Of a DNA stretch of 41,238 nucleotides, positions 1 to 9,100 are shown one piece after another; position 1 is the first letter of the stretch, and each line of letters begins with the position of its first letter. A model generated the notes under the pieces. It saw nothing but the letters and a program-made list of their open reading frames with translations. It was not told the origin of the DNA and did not search any database. The stretch lies in NCBI GenBank assembly GCA_036519935.1, contig DATDKO010000129.1, positions 1-41,238 on the forward strand, given 5' to 3'. The DNA comes from Rubrobacter sp. (GTDB lineage Bacteria > Actinomycetota > Rubrobacteria > Rubrobacterales > Rubrobacteraceae). Both the position numbers and the translations under genes were made by a program.

Positions 1-116
1 CATCTGTATGCCAGGTGGCTATTTCTCGGGAGTGAACTTCTTAGAACTCCGTTAGGGCGAAGTTCGCAGAATGCACCACAGGCGAGCTTTAAGCTCTGTG
101 AAGTTGCACTCTTGGA

Positions 117-1703
117 TCACCGCCCTCGGTCAGCAATGCACGAAAGTACAGGACAGAAGTTCTTCCACTTTGGGGTGCATATCTCTCTAAACTGAGTCAC
201 GAACCACTCTTTCAGCAGCATCTCCATCTCCTCGCTGGAGAGGTTCTCGCCGAACCTGGTCGAGCCCTTGCAGGCCAGCGCTTTGGCGAGGTCTTCGCCG
301 CCGGCGAGCGCATGGAGCGCCGCGAGCAGCGCGGCCTCGGGGTCGGTGACGGTCTCGGGCACGGCCGAGATCCGGACGGCACCCTCTCCGAAAGGCTCGA
401 ACCGGAATCCCAGAGCTTCCATCTCTGCCTCGAAGTTCAACACCTCGGGCGCGAGATCCTCGGGCAACCTGGCGACGACGGGGCTAGGAAGCTGGACCGC
501 CTCCGCCCTCGGGTTCTCGGAGAGCCGCTCGTACAGGATGCGCTCGTGTGCGCCGTGCTGGTCCAGGATAATTAGCTCCTCGCCCTCCTGGGCGATGATG
601 CACCTTCCGGCGAACTGCCCGATGAGCGTAAGCTCGTCGCTACCCTCCTCGGGGGGCGCGCCGCCACCCATCTCCCGCTCCTGGGCCAGCGCCGACCTGA
701 TGGTCCCGACCACGAGCGGGTAGGCCGATCGCCCACCACGCAACCGCACGGCGCTCTTGGCAGGATGCACGTTGACGTCAACCTCGCCAGGTCCGAGCTC
801 GAGTCGCAAAAACGCCGCGGGATGCCGCCCTTTCGGCAACAGGTCAGCGTAAGCCTTGGCGACCGCAGGAGCGAAGGAATCGGCCTCAACGACCCTGCCG
901 TTCACGGCGACGTGCAGGTAGCGACGGGTCGGGAAGCTGATGGCGAGCGGGCTGACGAAGCCCCATACCACAGGGTCCTCGAGCGCCACCAGGCTCCGCG
1001 CGAGCGAGAGGCCGTGGACCTGTGAGATGCGCTCCCTGAGGTCGGCCGCCGCGGGGAACGCCAGGGAGCGCCGCCCTTCCGAGCGGAGGAAGAACCCGAC
1101 CTCGGGGCGGCTCAGGGCGAGCGATTCGACCACCGTCGCTACCGCGTTCGCCTCGGCCCGCACCGTGCCGAGGAAACCGCGGCGCACGGGCAGGTTCAGG
1201 AACAGGTCGCGAGCCTCCACCGTCGTACCTGGAGAATGGGCCGCCGACGCAGACTCGACTATCTTCCCGGCGAAGACCCGCACACGGGCGCCGAGGGAAT
1301 TTTCTTTGCCGCGTTCGCGGCTCGTGAGCGTGAGATCCGAGACAGCGCCGATGGCGTGCAGTGCTTCCCCGCGGAAGCCCAGAGAGACAACGCTGGCCAG
1401 GTCGTCCGCCGTCCGGATCTTGCTCGTCGCGTGCTCCGCGACGGCGCGTTCCGCGTCATCGGGCGACATCCCCGAGCCGTCGTCGCTGACCCTGATCATG
1501 GCCACCCCACCGTCCTCGATCTCGACCTCGACTCTTCTAGCCCCCGCGTCGAGGGAGTTCTCGATCAACTCCTTGACGGCGGACGCTGGACGCTCGATGA
1601 CCTCCCCGGCGGCGATCCTGTGCGCCACCTCGGGCGATAGCACTCGGACCCGTCCCGCATAGCCGGCGGCCTCTTCGGAGATCAGCCTGGGAAAAAGCCT
1701 CAT
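117..1703 (-). CDS. mutL: DNA mismatch repair protein MutL (compact; C-terminus aberrant)
   Basis: IAAGEVIERPASAVKELIENSLDAG, HATSKI and LGFRGEAL GHKL ATPase motifs; DVNVHPAK; endonuclease motif DQHGAHERILYE and ACK. The terminal CPHGRP is replaced by CTPKWK. True start may be ~20 codons downstream. Confidence 0.93.
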   Translation of the reverse strand: MRLFPRLISEEAAGYAGRVRVLSPEVAHRIAAGEVIERPASAVKELIENSLDAGARRVEVEIEDGGVAMIRVSDDGSGMSPDDAERAVAEHATSKIRTADDLASVVSLGFRGEALHAIGAVSDLTLTSRERGKENSLGARVRVFAGKIVESASAAHSPGTTVEARDLFLNLPVRRGFLGTVRAEANAVATVVESLALSRPEVGFFLRSEGRRSLAFPAAADLRERISQVHGLSLARSLVALEDPVVWGFVSPLAISFPTRRYLHVAVNGRVVEADSFAPAVAKAYADLLPKGRHPAAFLRLELGPGEVDVNVHPAKSAVRLRGGRSAYPLVVGTIRSALAQEREMGGGAPPEEGSDELTLIGQFAGRCIIAQEGEELIILDQHGAHERILYERLSENPRAEAVQLPSPVVARLPEDLAPEVLNFEAEMEALGFRFEPFGEGAVRISAVPETVTDPEAALLAALHALAGGEDLAKALACKGSTRFGENLSSEEMEMLLKEWFVTQFREICTPKWKNFCPVLSCIADRGR

Positions 1704-1709
1704 CTGATC

Positions 1710-4064
1710 TCATCCGGCAAAGTCTTTGACGCCTTCGGCTTCGAGGCGGGTGAGGATCTCACCGGCCCTGTCGGTGACCTGGGGCGGTAGCCCGGCGAGC
1801 TTCGCCACGTGGACGCCGTAGGAGGAGGACTCTGCGCCGGACTCTATCCTGTGCAGGAACACGATCTCACCCCCCACCTCTTCGACGCTGGCTTTGTAGT
1901 TTCGGCAGCCGGGCAATACCTCCACGAGCCGCGTCAGTTCGTGGTAGTGGGTCGCGAAGAGCGTGAGGGCCTGCACGTCGTCGTGCAGGTACTCTGCGAT
2001 AGCCCAGGCGAGGCTCATTCCGTCGTAGGTCGAGGTGCCACGTCCTACCTCGTCCAGGATGACCAGCGACCGCTCCGTCGCGCTGTTCAGGATACTCGCC
2101 GCTTCTGTCATCTCCACCATAAAGGTAGACTCCCCGCTCGCTAGCCTGTCCTCAGCGCCTACCCGCGTAAAGATGCGGTCGATTACGCCAAGAGAGGCCT
2201 CGTCGGCGGGGACGTAGGAGCCTGTCTGGGCCAGCAGGGAGATGAGGGCCACCTGCCTGAGGAAGACGGACTTGCCGGCCATGTTGGGGCCTGTGATGAT
2301 CTGGAGTCGCGAGTCCCCGTCGACCTCTGAGTCGTTGGGGACGAAGGGCATCTCCAGGTTGTGCTCGACGACGGGATGCCTTCCACCGGAGATGCGGATG
2401 CCCCGCCCTTCTACGACCTCGGGGCGGCAGTAGCGCAGCTCGGTCGCCGCGGCGGCGAAGGAGGAGATCACATCGACGACGGCTATGGCGCGTGAGACCT
2501 TCTGCAGTTCAGGCGCGGCTTCCTTGACGGCGGCGCGTATCTCGGCGAGGATGCTGCGCTCGATGCGCTCGACCTCGTCGCGGGCCCCGAGCATCCGAGA
2601 TTCGTGCTCCTTTAGTTCCACCGTTACGTAGCGGGCGTTGTGCTTGAGCGCCTTGCGGTGTTGGTAGCGTTCGGGGACCGCGCTCGTCTCCTTGCCAGCC
2701 ACCTCGATAAAGTACCCTTCGCCGTCCCTGTAGCCTACCTTCAGGGTCTTCAAGCCCGTCTTGAGCCGCTCCTCGGCCTCGAAGCGCGTCAACCACTCAT
2801 GGGCGCCGTCCCTGAACTCGCGCGCCTCGTCGAGCTCCCCCGAGTAGCCGAGGCGTATGATCTCACCGCTCTCCTCGGAGATCGCCGCCGTGACCAGCTC
2901 CCTTACCCCGGGCGGCTCTTCCATCGCCCCTAGCACTCGTGAGAGCAGAGAGGAGCCAGAAGATGCCGGCTCCAGCACCATCCTGAGAGGTCCGACCTCC
3001 TCTAGCGCACCCTTGAGCGAGAGCAGATCGTTGGGCGAGGCCGAAAGCCTTACGATGCGCGTGGCGATGCGCTCCACGTCGGGGATGTGTTCCAGATGCT
3101 CGCGCACATCCTCGCGCAGCATGTAGTCTCCGGTGAGCACGTCGACGGCCCCGAGACGTTGCCTGATGCGGTCCACCTCCAGCAGGGGCCGCTCCAGCCA
3201 GCGCCTGAGCGCGCGCCGGCCCATCGGCGTGCGGGTACGATCTATGGTCTCGACCAGCTCGTCCAGTCCCAGGTTGCGCCTCGTCGCCGCGTCGAGGATC
3301 ATCCCCGTGCCAGGGTCGTAAGGACGGAAGGTCACCACCTGCTCCGGCGGACCGCCACCACGCAGGGAAGCGAGGTACTGGATCAAAGCCCCTGCAGCGC
3401 CGGCGAGCGCCGGGTGCCCATCGATCCCGTATCCTTTGAGCCCGGAGACCCTGAAGTGTCTCTTCAGCGCCTGCTCCCCCGCGGAGGGCTCGAACGTCCA
3501 GCGCGGGGCAGAGCTCACGGCGGCGCGCACCTTCGGCAGTCTCTCGGCCGCGGTTCGCTCAGGGACGACGATCTCGCGCGGCGCCCACCGCTCCAGCTCG
3601 GCGGGGAGCTGCTCCTCAGAGACCTCGGTGCCCGTGAACTCCCCTGTCGAAGCCTCGACGACGGCTATTCCAGCTCGGCCGTCCCTGACGACGAACGCGG
3701 CCAGGTAGTTGGCCTGCCCTGCGGAGAGGACGTTGTCCTCTATTACGGTGCCAGGCGTCAGAATACGCGTGACCTCACGGGTGAACTGCTTGGGTTTCGT
3801 CGGGTGCTGCCGCTGCTCGGCGACGGCGACGGAGTAACCCTTCCTGAGGAGGGTGGCAAGATGCTCCTGGAGGGCGTGTCCTGGGACCCCGGCCAGCGGG
3901 ACGCGGCCCTCGCCGGCCGCCTCGCGGCTAGTCAGCCGGATCGAGAGCGCCTGCGAGATCCTCTTCGCGTCCTCCTCGAAGGTCTCGAAGAACGTCCCGA
4001 CCTGGTACAGGAGGATCGTCTCCGGCGGAAGTTGCGCCTTCAGCTCCGCGTAACGTCCAAGCAT
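1710..4064 (-). CDS. mutS: DNA mismatch repair protein MutS
   Basis: Mismatch-binding GTFFE (GxFYE-like), TPGT, Walker A GPNMAGKS, STFMVEM, DEVGRGTSTYDG, FATHYHEL; 6 bp upstream of mutL. Confidence 0.96.
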   Translation of the reverse strand: MLGRYAELKAQLPPETILLYQVGTFFETFEEDAKRISQALSIRLTSREAAGEGRVPLAGVPGHALQEHLATLLRKGYSVAVAEQRQHPTKPKQFTREVTRILTPGTVIEDNVLSAGQANYLAAFVVRDGRAGIAVVEASTGEFTGTEVSEEQLPAELERWAPREIVVPERTAAERLPKVRAAVSSAPRWTFEPSAGEQALKRHFRVSGLKGYGIDGHPALAGAAGALIQYLASLRGGGPPEQVVTFRPYDPGTGMILDAATRRNLGLDELVETIDRTRTPMGRRALRRWLERPLLEVDRIRQRLGAVDVLTGDYMLREDVREHLEHIPDVERIATRIVRLSASPNDLLSLKGALEEVGPLRMVLEPASSGSSLLSRVLGAMEEPPGVRELVTAAISEESGEIIRLGYSGELDEAREFRDGAHEWLTRFEAEERLKTGLKTLKVGYRDGEGYFIEVAGKETSAVPERYQHRKALKHNARYVTVELKEHESRMLGARDEVERIERSILAEIRAAVKEAAPELQKVSRAIAVVDVISSFAAAATELRYCRPEVVEGRGIRISGGRHPVVEHNLEMPFVPNDSEVDGDSRLQIITGPNMAGKSVFLRQVALISLLAQTGSYVPADEASLGVIDRIFTRVGAEDRLASGESTFMVEMTEAASILNSATERSLVILDEVGRGTSTYDGMSLAWAIAEYLHDDVQALTLFATHYHELTRLVEVLPGCRNYKASVEEVGGEIVFLHRIESGAESSSYGVHVAKLAGLPPQVTDRAGEILTRLEAEGVKDFAG

Positions 4065-4217
4065 GTAGCTATTCTACGGCCAGAACCCCGCTTCGTCAGC
4101 CCCGAATCGCATGCCGGGCACGGTAGATCCAGGGATCACAAGACGGCTGTCACCGCTGTACGCGTGGCTCGGAAAGAGCTAACTTAGCGTTGGTCTGTAA
4201 TGAGGAGAGGAGCGAGA

Positions 4218-5150
4218 GTGAGTCCGAAACCTGTGATCCTGGACGTAGACCCCGGCCACGACGACGCCGTGGCCCTGATGCTGGCCTGTGGCCACCAGGA
4301 TCTTGACCTGCTCGCCGTCACGACCGTCGCCGGCAACGTCCCCATCGAGAAGACCACGCGCAACACCCTGCGCGTGCTCTCCCTCGTCGGGTGTACGCAC
4401 GTGCCTGTGGGCGTTGGCGCTTCGGAGCCCCTGGTACGACCGCTCCACACTGCCGAGGACATACACGGCAAGAGCGGGCTGGACGGGCCGGAGGAGATCC
4501 CCGAAGCCGGCTTCGAGCCCGACGAAAGGGGAGCTGTCGCACTTATCGCGGACACCCTGCGGGCCTCTACGGAGCCCGTCACCCTCGTCCCTGTCGGCCC
4601 GCTCACCAACGTCGCCGCGTTCCTGCACGAGCATCCCGACCTGAAAGAGCGCATCGCGCGCATCTCACTCATGGGCGGGAGCATGGGCCTTGGCAACACT
4701 ACGCCGGCCGCCGAGTTCAACATCTACGTCGACCCCGAGGCGGCCCGTGAGGTCTTCGAGTCAGGACTGCCCATAACGATGTCGGGCCTCGACATAACAC
4801 ACCAGGCCGGCGCCGGTCCTGACGAAAGGGCGCAGCTGCGGGCCACAGGTAGGGTGGGAGGTGTTGTGGCCGGGTTTCTGGACTACTTCGCCGCCACCTA
4901 CGAGCGCGTATTCGGCTTCGACGCCCCGCCCCTGCACGATCCCGTCGCCGTCGCGGCGGTGCTCGAACCCGGCCTGCTGAAGACTCGCCCGATGCGGGTC
5001 GACATCGAGTGCGAGAGCGACCTCACCCGCGGGGAGACCGTCTGCGACTTCTACGGTGTGACAGGCAGCGCGCCGAATGCCGAGGTCGGCGTCGATCTCG
5101 ACCGCGAACGTTTCTTCAAAGTGCTGTACGGGGCGTTGGGACGCCTGTAG
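4218..5150 (+). CDS. Inosine/uridine-preferring nucleoside hydrolase (Rih family)
   Basis: DVDPGHDDA, VGPLTN, MGG, GNTTPAAEFNIYVDPEAA and LHDP motifs; GTG at 4218 after AGGAG. Confidence 0.93.
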   Translation: MSPKPVILDVDPGHDDAVALMLACGHQDLDLLAVTTVAGNVPIEKTTRNTLRVLSLVGCTHVPVGVGASEPLVRPLHTAEDIHGKSGLDGPEEIPEAGFEPDERGAVALIADTLRASTEPVTLVPVGPLTNVAAFLHEHPDLKERIARISLMGGSMGLGNTTPAAEFNIYVDPEAAREVFESGLPITMSGLDITHQAGAGPDERAQLRATGRVGGVVAGFLDYFAATYERVFGFDAPPLHDPVAVAAVLEPGLLKTRPMRVDIECESDLTRGETVCDFYGVTGSAPNAEVGVDLDRERFFKVLYGALGRL

Positions 5151-5161
5151 AACGGGAAGGC

Positions 5162-5203
5162 AGCACGCTCAGGACTGCATCTTCCGCTTTCAGCACTTCA
5201 GCT
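5162..5203. repeat. Short dispersed intergenic repeat, copy 1
   Basis: agcacgctc...ccgctt(t/g)tcag(c/t)a(c/t)ttcagct; aligns by eye with 38375-38416; both copies lie just downstream of a stop codon. Confidence 0.55.
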
Positions 5204-6380
5204 AGTCAGCGACGCGGGCCATGCGCAGCGAGCGGACCACGAAGGCGTCGAAAGTTGCGAAGGCCGGAATATCTCCTAGTGAGACTTCGAGTTTGGCGTG
5301 GTCGAGCGCCCCTGTTACCGTCACCCTGCGCTGAGGCGCGACGCGCTCGAGCGCGTACGACTGTGAGGGAGGGAAGTACTTGTCGCGGGGACCGGTGGCG
5401 AGCTCGACGGGATCGCGTATCCTTCGCGTGCCGGCGAGCGGCGAGAGCTCTTCGAGGTCGTGGCGCACGTCGTCGGGGAGATTGGCGTAGAGCGCAGCGA
5501 AGCGTTCCGGCTTACGGTTCGCGAGCAGTCTGACGACGCTCCTGGCGCCCGGTCCGAGGTCGTCCGTCCGGCTTCCGCGCACGCCGGAAAGCGGATCTGG
5601 GCTCTCGCGGCCCGCCCTTTCGAGCTCGGCCGCGAGCGTAAGCTTGTCCTCGCCCGGCGGCAAGGCGGCGACGAGAGAGCGGCCTACGACGTAGGAGAGG
5701 AAGGAGTCTGCTTCGTAGCGAACCAGCTCTCCTCCGGGCCGGCGGTAGTGGCCGGTGGTCGCGAGGCTCAGGACGGTTTTTATGTTCGAATAGGGGGCCA
5801 CCCCTGCGACGAGGGAGACCTTTCCTCTGAGTGCGGGATCCTCGGCGGCCAGGAGGGCTAGAGTGGCGCCCGTCGAGACCCCTACCAGGGCCACCTTTCC
5901 GTCTTCGACGTCGGGCCGGCCGGAGATCTCACGCGCGACTTGCGTGGTGGCATCAGCGGTCTGCGGTGTGATCCTAGCCTCTGTCAAGCCAGGCAGGTCG
6001 GGCACGACCACGAGGTATCCGGCCCGCGCGAAGCCCTCGGCCAGATTCCGCACCTCGGGCAGTTTTCTTCCTTCCCGCACGGCCCCGTTGACCAGGAATA
6101 TAGCCGGCCACGGCCCATCCCCCGCAGGCCTCGCGACGAGAGTGGGGTTGCCAGCCACAGGGACATCCTCGAAACCAGGCTCGCCGCTCACGGCTTCGGC
6201 CGCAGGTGTCAGTACAGGCGCGTCGAGGACGGAGGAGATTACCACGACGGCACGCGCCTGCGCGTCCACCCACGACCAGTACGAGACGAGCAGCCCGATC
6301 ACAACCGCGAGCAACACGAGGTAGAAGGCGCGCCGGAGCCTTCTACCAAAGAGTCTTTCTGCCGAATCCTTACTCCGCAA
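5202..6380 (-). CDS. Membrane-anchored alpha/beta-hydrolase-fold protein
   Basis: N-terminal basic plus hydrophobic segment; GYLVVVPDLPG; nucleophile elbow GVSTG; late Asp and His candidates (DKYFP, DHA). Start uncertain. Confidence 0.7.
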   Translation of the reverse strand: MRSKDSAERLFGRRLRRAFYLVLLAVVIGLLVSYWSWVDAQARAVVVISSVLDAPVLTPAAEAVSGEPGFEDVPVAGNPTLVARPAGDGPWPAIFLVNGAVREGRKLPEVRNLAEGFARAGYLVVVPDLPGLTEARITPQTADATTQVAREISGRPDVEDGKVALVGVSTGATLALLAAEDPALRGKVSLVAGVAPYSNIKTVLSLATTGHYRRPGGELVRYEADSFLSYVVGRSLVAALPPGEDKLTLAAELERAGRESPDPLSGVRGSRTDDLGPGARSVVRLLANRKPERFAALYANLPDDVRHDLEELSPLAGTRRIRDPVELATGPRDKYFPPSQSYALERVAPQRRVTVTGALDHAKLEVSLGDIPAFATFDAFVVRSLRMARVAD

Positions 6381-6545
6381 CGCCCCTCCCGCCGGAGACG
6401 ATCTCGTCTACCCGTAACTATGCTACGCAGACCACCGTCTGTCCACAGCGGGTCGGATGTTGTTCTGTCCAGAAGGATTCCTTTTACACTCTCACGGGTA
6501 AACTCGTAGTCTTGCAGGCGGACATCTCTAAAGAGGAGGAACTTC

Positions 6546-6998
6546 ATGGCAGACCTGCCACAGCAGGGCGAGTCATTGCCCGACCTGGAACTCACGACAG
6601 AGAGCGGGGAACATATCGGTACGAGAGGACTAACGGGCCAGAAGACAGTTCTCTACTTCTACCCCAAGGACGACACCCCGGGCTGCACAAAGGAAGCCTG
6701 CGCCTTCAGGGACCGCATGGACGAATACGCGAAGGCGGGTATACAGGTCTACGGCGTCTCGCTCGACTCCCCCGAATCTCACCGCGAGTTCCGCGAGAAG
6801 TACAGCCTCAACTTCCCACTCCTCACCGACGAGGGTGGCCGCGCTTCGGAGGTCCTCGGGGTGCTACGCGAGGACCGGAAGCGGACGAAACGCGTCACCT
6901 TCCTGCTCGACCCGGAAGGCAGGATCTCCAAGGTCTACCCCGAAGTCACCCCGAATACCCACGCTGAGGAGATCCTGGAAGACGCCGCCTCGATATAG
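6546..6998 (+). CDS. bcp: Peroxiredoxin Q/BCP
   Basis: YFYPKDDTPGCTKEACAFRD motif; RBS GAGGAGG. Confidence 0.93.
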   Translation: MADLPQQGESLPDLELTTESGEHIGTRGLTGQKTVLYFYPKDDTPGCTKEACAFRDRMDEYAKAGIQVYGVSLDSPESHREFREKYSLNFPLLTDEGGRASEVLGVLREDRKRTKRVTFLLDPEGRISKVYPEVTPNTHAEEILEDAASI

Positions 6999-7036
6999 TC
7001 TCTGAAGGTATAAACGCTGTCATAGCATGGCACGCG

Positions 7037-7204
7037 TCAGCCCACCAGGAGTCGAGAAAGGCGCAGGTGCACGTCCTCGTCCGTGACGTAGTAGGTGCGG
7101 CCTTCTGGTGTAACAGACATGCCCTCGACGCACGGTAGGGTTGGGAACTCCCGGACGAACTCGGCTGTGAGGGATACTACGCGCCCACCTCCCGAAAGTT
7201 CCTG
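7037..7204 (-). pseudogene. Orphan C-terminal gene fragment
   Basis: Stop-free frame QELSGGGRVVSLTAEFVREFPTLPCVEGMSVTPEGRTYYVTDEDVHLRLSRLLVG* with a beta-propeller-like EGxxxTPEG motif; no clear start and an in-frame stop lies upstream in the hairpin. Confidence 0.4.
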
Positions 7205-7212
7205 TGAGCACT

Positions 7213-7234
7213 GACCCTACGGGTTCGTAGGGTC
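7213..7234 (-). terminator. Stem-loop downstream of the alpha/beta hydrolase
   Basis: GACCCTACG-ggtt-CGTAGGGTC, perfect 9-bp stem between convergent genes; no U-tract. Confidence 0.55.
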
Positions 7235-7249
7235 GTCTAGACGCGGCCC

Positions 7250-8062
7250 TTAGCGGTAGTCCCTCAGGAAATCCATCACGATCCGGTTGAACTCTTCGGA
7301 CCGTTCCATGTTGGGCACGTGGGCCGTGCCGTGCATAACAACCTTGCGCACGTTCGGTAGCTCCCTCTCGAGCAGGTCGGCTGCGGCGAAGACGCTCGGC
7401 TGGTCCTCTTCTCCGACAATGAGCAACGTCGGGGCCTGAACGTCAGGGAGCCGGTCCGCCGCGGGCGGTTCCGGTTCCCACTCATCGCCCAACCCCGAAG
7501 CTTCGTTTCTGAGGGCGATCAGGTTCATCTCCCGGACCAGGTCCCTGACGGAGACGTCTACGTCCTCGGGGGATCTCCAGGGGCCGTCGACCCAGATCTG
7601 GACCTCCAGCTCGGAGACCCGCTCCAGGTCCCCGGCCTCTTCGGCGGAGACGATCTCGTCCCACTGCCTTGGGGGGTCGATGTCAGGCCCGAACCCGCCC
7701 ACGGCAGATCCAACCAGGATGAGGTTGCCGACCCTCTGCGGGTACTCGAGCGCGAAGTCGAGCACTGCTCCTCCCCCCATCGAGCAGCCCACGAGGTGCG
7801 CCCGCTCGACGTCGAGAGAGTCGAGCAGACCGCGCAGGTCCTCGTGGTGGGAGAACGGTAAATCCACCATCGCGGTCATCCCGAAGCCACGCATGTCGTA
7901 GCGGATGACCCTGTAGCGGTCGGCGAAGGCCTTGAGTTGGTCTTCCCACATCCTGCTGTCCGCGATCCCCGCGTGTACGAGGACCAGCTGCTCCCCTTCT
8001 CCCGCAACCTCATAGTAGAGCCGCGCGCCGTTGACCTCGGCCATGCCAGTCTCCCGAAGCAT
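7250..8062 (-). CDS. Alpha/beta fold hydrolase (PcaD/MenH-like)
   Basis: LVHAG, YDMRGFG, GCSMGG nucleophile, GEED acid, AHVPNME His; ATG 8062 after GGGAAG. Confidence 0.88.
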   Translation of the reverse strand: MLRETGMAEVNGARLYYEVAGEGEQLVLVHAGIADSRMWEDQLKAFADRYRVIRYDMRGFGMTAMVDLPFSHHEDLRGLLDSLDVERAHLVGCSMGGGAVLDFALEYPQRVGNLILVGSAVGGFGPDIDPPRQWDEIVSAEEAGDLERVSELEVQIWVDGPWRSPEDVDVSVRDLVREMNLIALRNEASGLGDEWEPEPPAADRLPDVQAPTLLIVGEEDQPSVFAAADLLERELPNVRKVVMHGTAHVPNMERSEEFNRIVMDFLRDYR

Positions 8063-8257
8063 CTCTTCCCTTTCCCAGATACGTTTACGTCTCTTCCGAC
8101 CCCGTTCCCGTGCGCAGGGTGGCACGTCGGCCCCAGGGTTCTACCTGTTTTCGGCTGGACATACTCTTTGAAGGCGCATCGGTTGCCCGGATGGGGCAAG
8201 GCCAGTATACGCTCCCCGCGCCTGCGGCACAGGAGGGTTGGCTGCGGGCGTAATTCG

Positions 8258-8698
8258 CTACGACCACTGCGTCAGCGGCCGCTGCTGCGCCTCGCCGTCC
8301 ACTTCCAGATCCACCTTCTCATTGAAGAAGCACAGACGGCCTTCTATGTCGGCGGCTGCGGGTATGGGCGTCGGGTAGTACCAGACGATTGCTTCCCTAG
8401 TCTCACCGCCAGCCTGCACCGAGTAGTAAGACGCAACCCCTTTGTAGGGACATTCCGTGTTCTTGTCGCTAGGGAGTAGTACGTCCTCAGAGACATCTTC
8501 AGGAGGGAAGTAGTAGCGAGACGGCAGACCGGTCTCGAAGAGGATCCTGGGACGATCCGTCTCCGCCACGACCTCCCCATCAACGAGGATCTTGACTTGC
8601 CTGGAGCTCTTCAGGACGTCAACGCGATGATAGGGGTCACGGGGGTGGACAAAGACCTCCTCGTCCTCTTCGTACCAGTGATCTAAGTTGTTCCACAT
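8258..8698 (-). pseudogene. DUF427 tandem-domain protein, C-terminal half
   Basis: WYEEDEEVFVHPRDPYHRVD linker followed by LFETGLP.RYY, CPYKG and FFNEKVD; begins mid-protein; complementary half at 23710-24129. Confidence 0.8.
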
Positions 8699-8821
8699 CT
8701 ACTAACCGCCTTCGGTTACGGTTCCACGCCTCGCTGGACGAGGGTAGCAGTCGCAGAGTAGTGTTGTTGAGGATTTAGAGCAAGGAGGCACAGCCTGCAC
8801 CTTTTGCGGTTGAACATCTCC

Positions 8822-8863
8822 CTCTGGATCAGTTTGTGAAGGTTCGAATCCTTCTCCGGCAGC
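8822..8863 (+). tRNA. tRNA-Gln(CTG) 3'-half fragment (not a complete tRNA; att-like remnant)
   Basis: CT-CTG-GA anticodon loop, then GAAGG-TTCGAAT-CCTTC T-arm and 3' acceptor strand TCCGGCAGC; the upstream sequence cannot form the D-arm or 5' acceptor strand. Confidence 0.75.
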
Positions 8864-9100
8864 TAAGAAAATGCCCGCAAGCAGCGGATGAAGGAGCTGG
8901 ATCCTACTCCCCGGCCATGCCACTGCGCTGCAACCGGACCGTCTACAATGTTGCGCATTAGAACGGTACTCTCGTCGCATGAAGCATAGATAGCTTCTTG
9001 TGATCGACCAGCAGTAGTCGAATAGTTATCCTGGTTCCCTTCACTCGCGCACTTCCGGCCTCGGTGCGCTCGATGCGGTCATGGCTTACAATCTCGTCTC

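Noticed and set aside
3087-4187. 366-aa + strand ORF and similar long antisense or alternate-frame ORFs (13044-14522, 16912-18306, 18357-19733, 20917-21966, 30072-31487, 33704-34828)
   Set aside because: Shadow ORFs of well-supported genes, expected in high-GC DNA; no motifs
7020-7240. Possible 6S-like or other ncRNA between bcp and the hydrolase
   Set aside because: No long rod-like pairing found; better explained as a coding remnant plus one hairpin
8790-8865. Complete tRNA-Gln gene
   Set aside because: The 5' acceptor strand, D-arm and 5' anticodon stem are missing
8702-8980. 92-aa ORF containing AAGEGFEPSQTDPE
   Set aside because: That peptide is the antisense translation of the tRNA fragment
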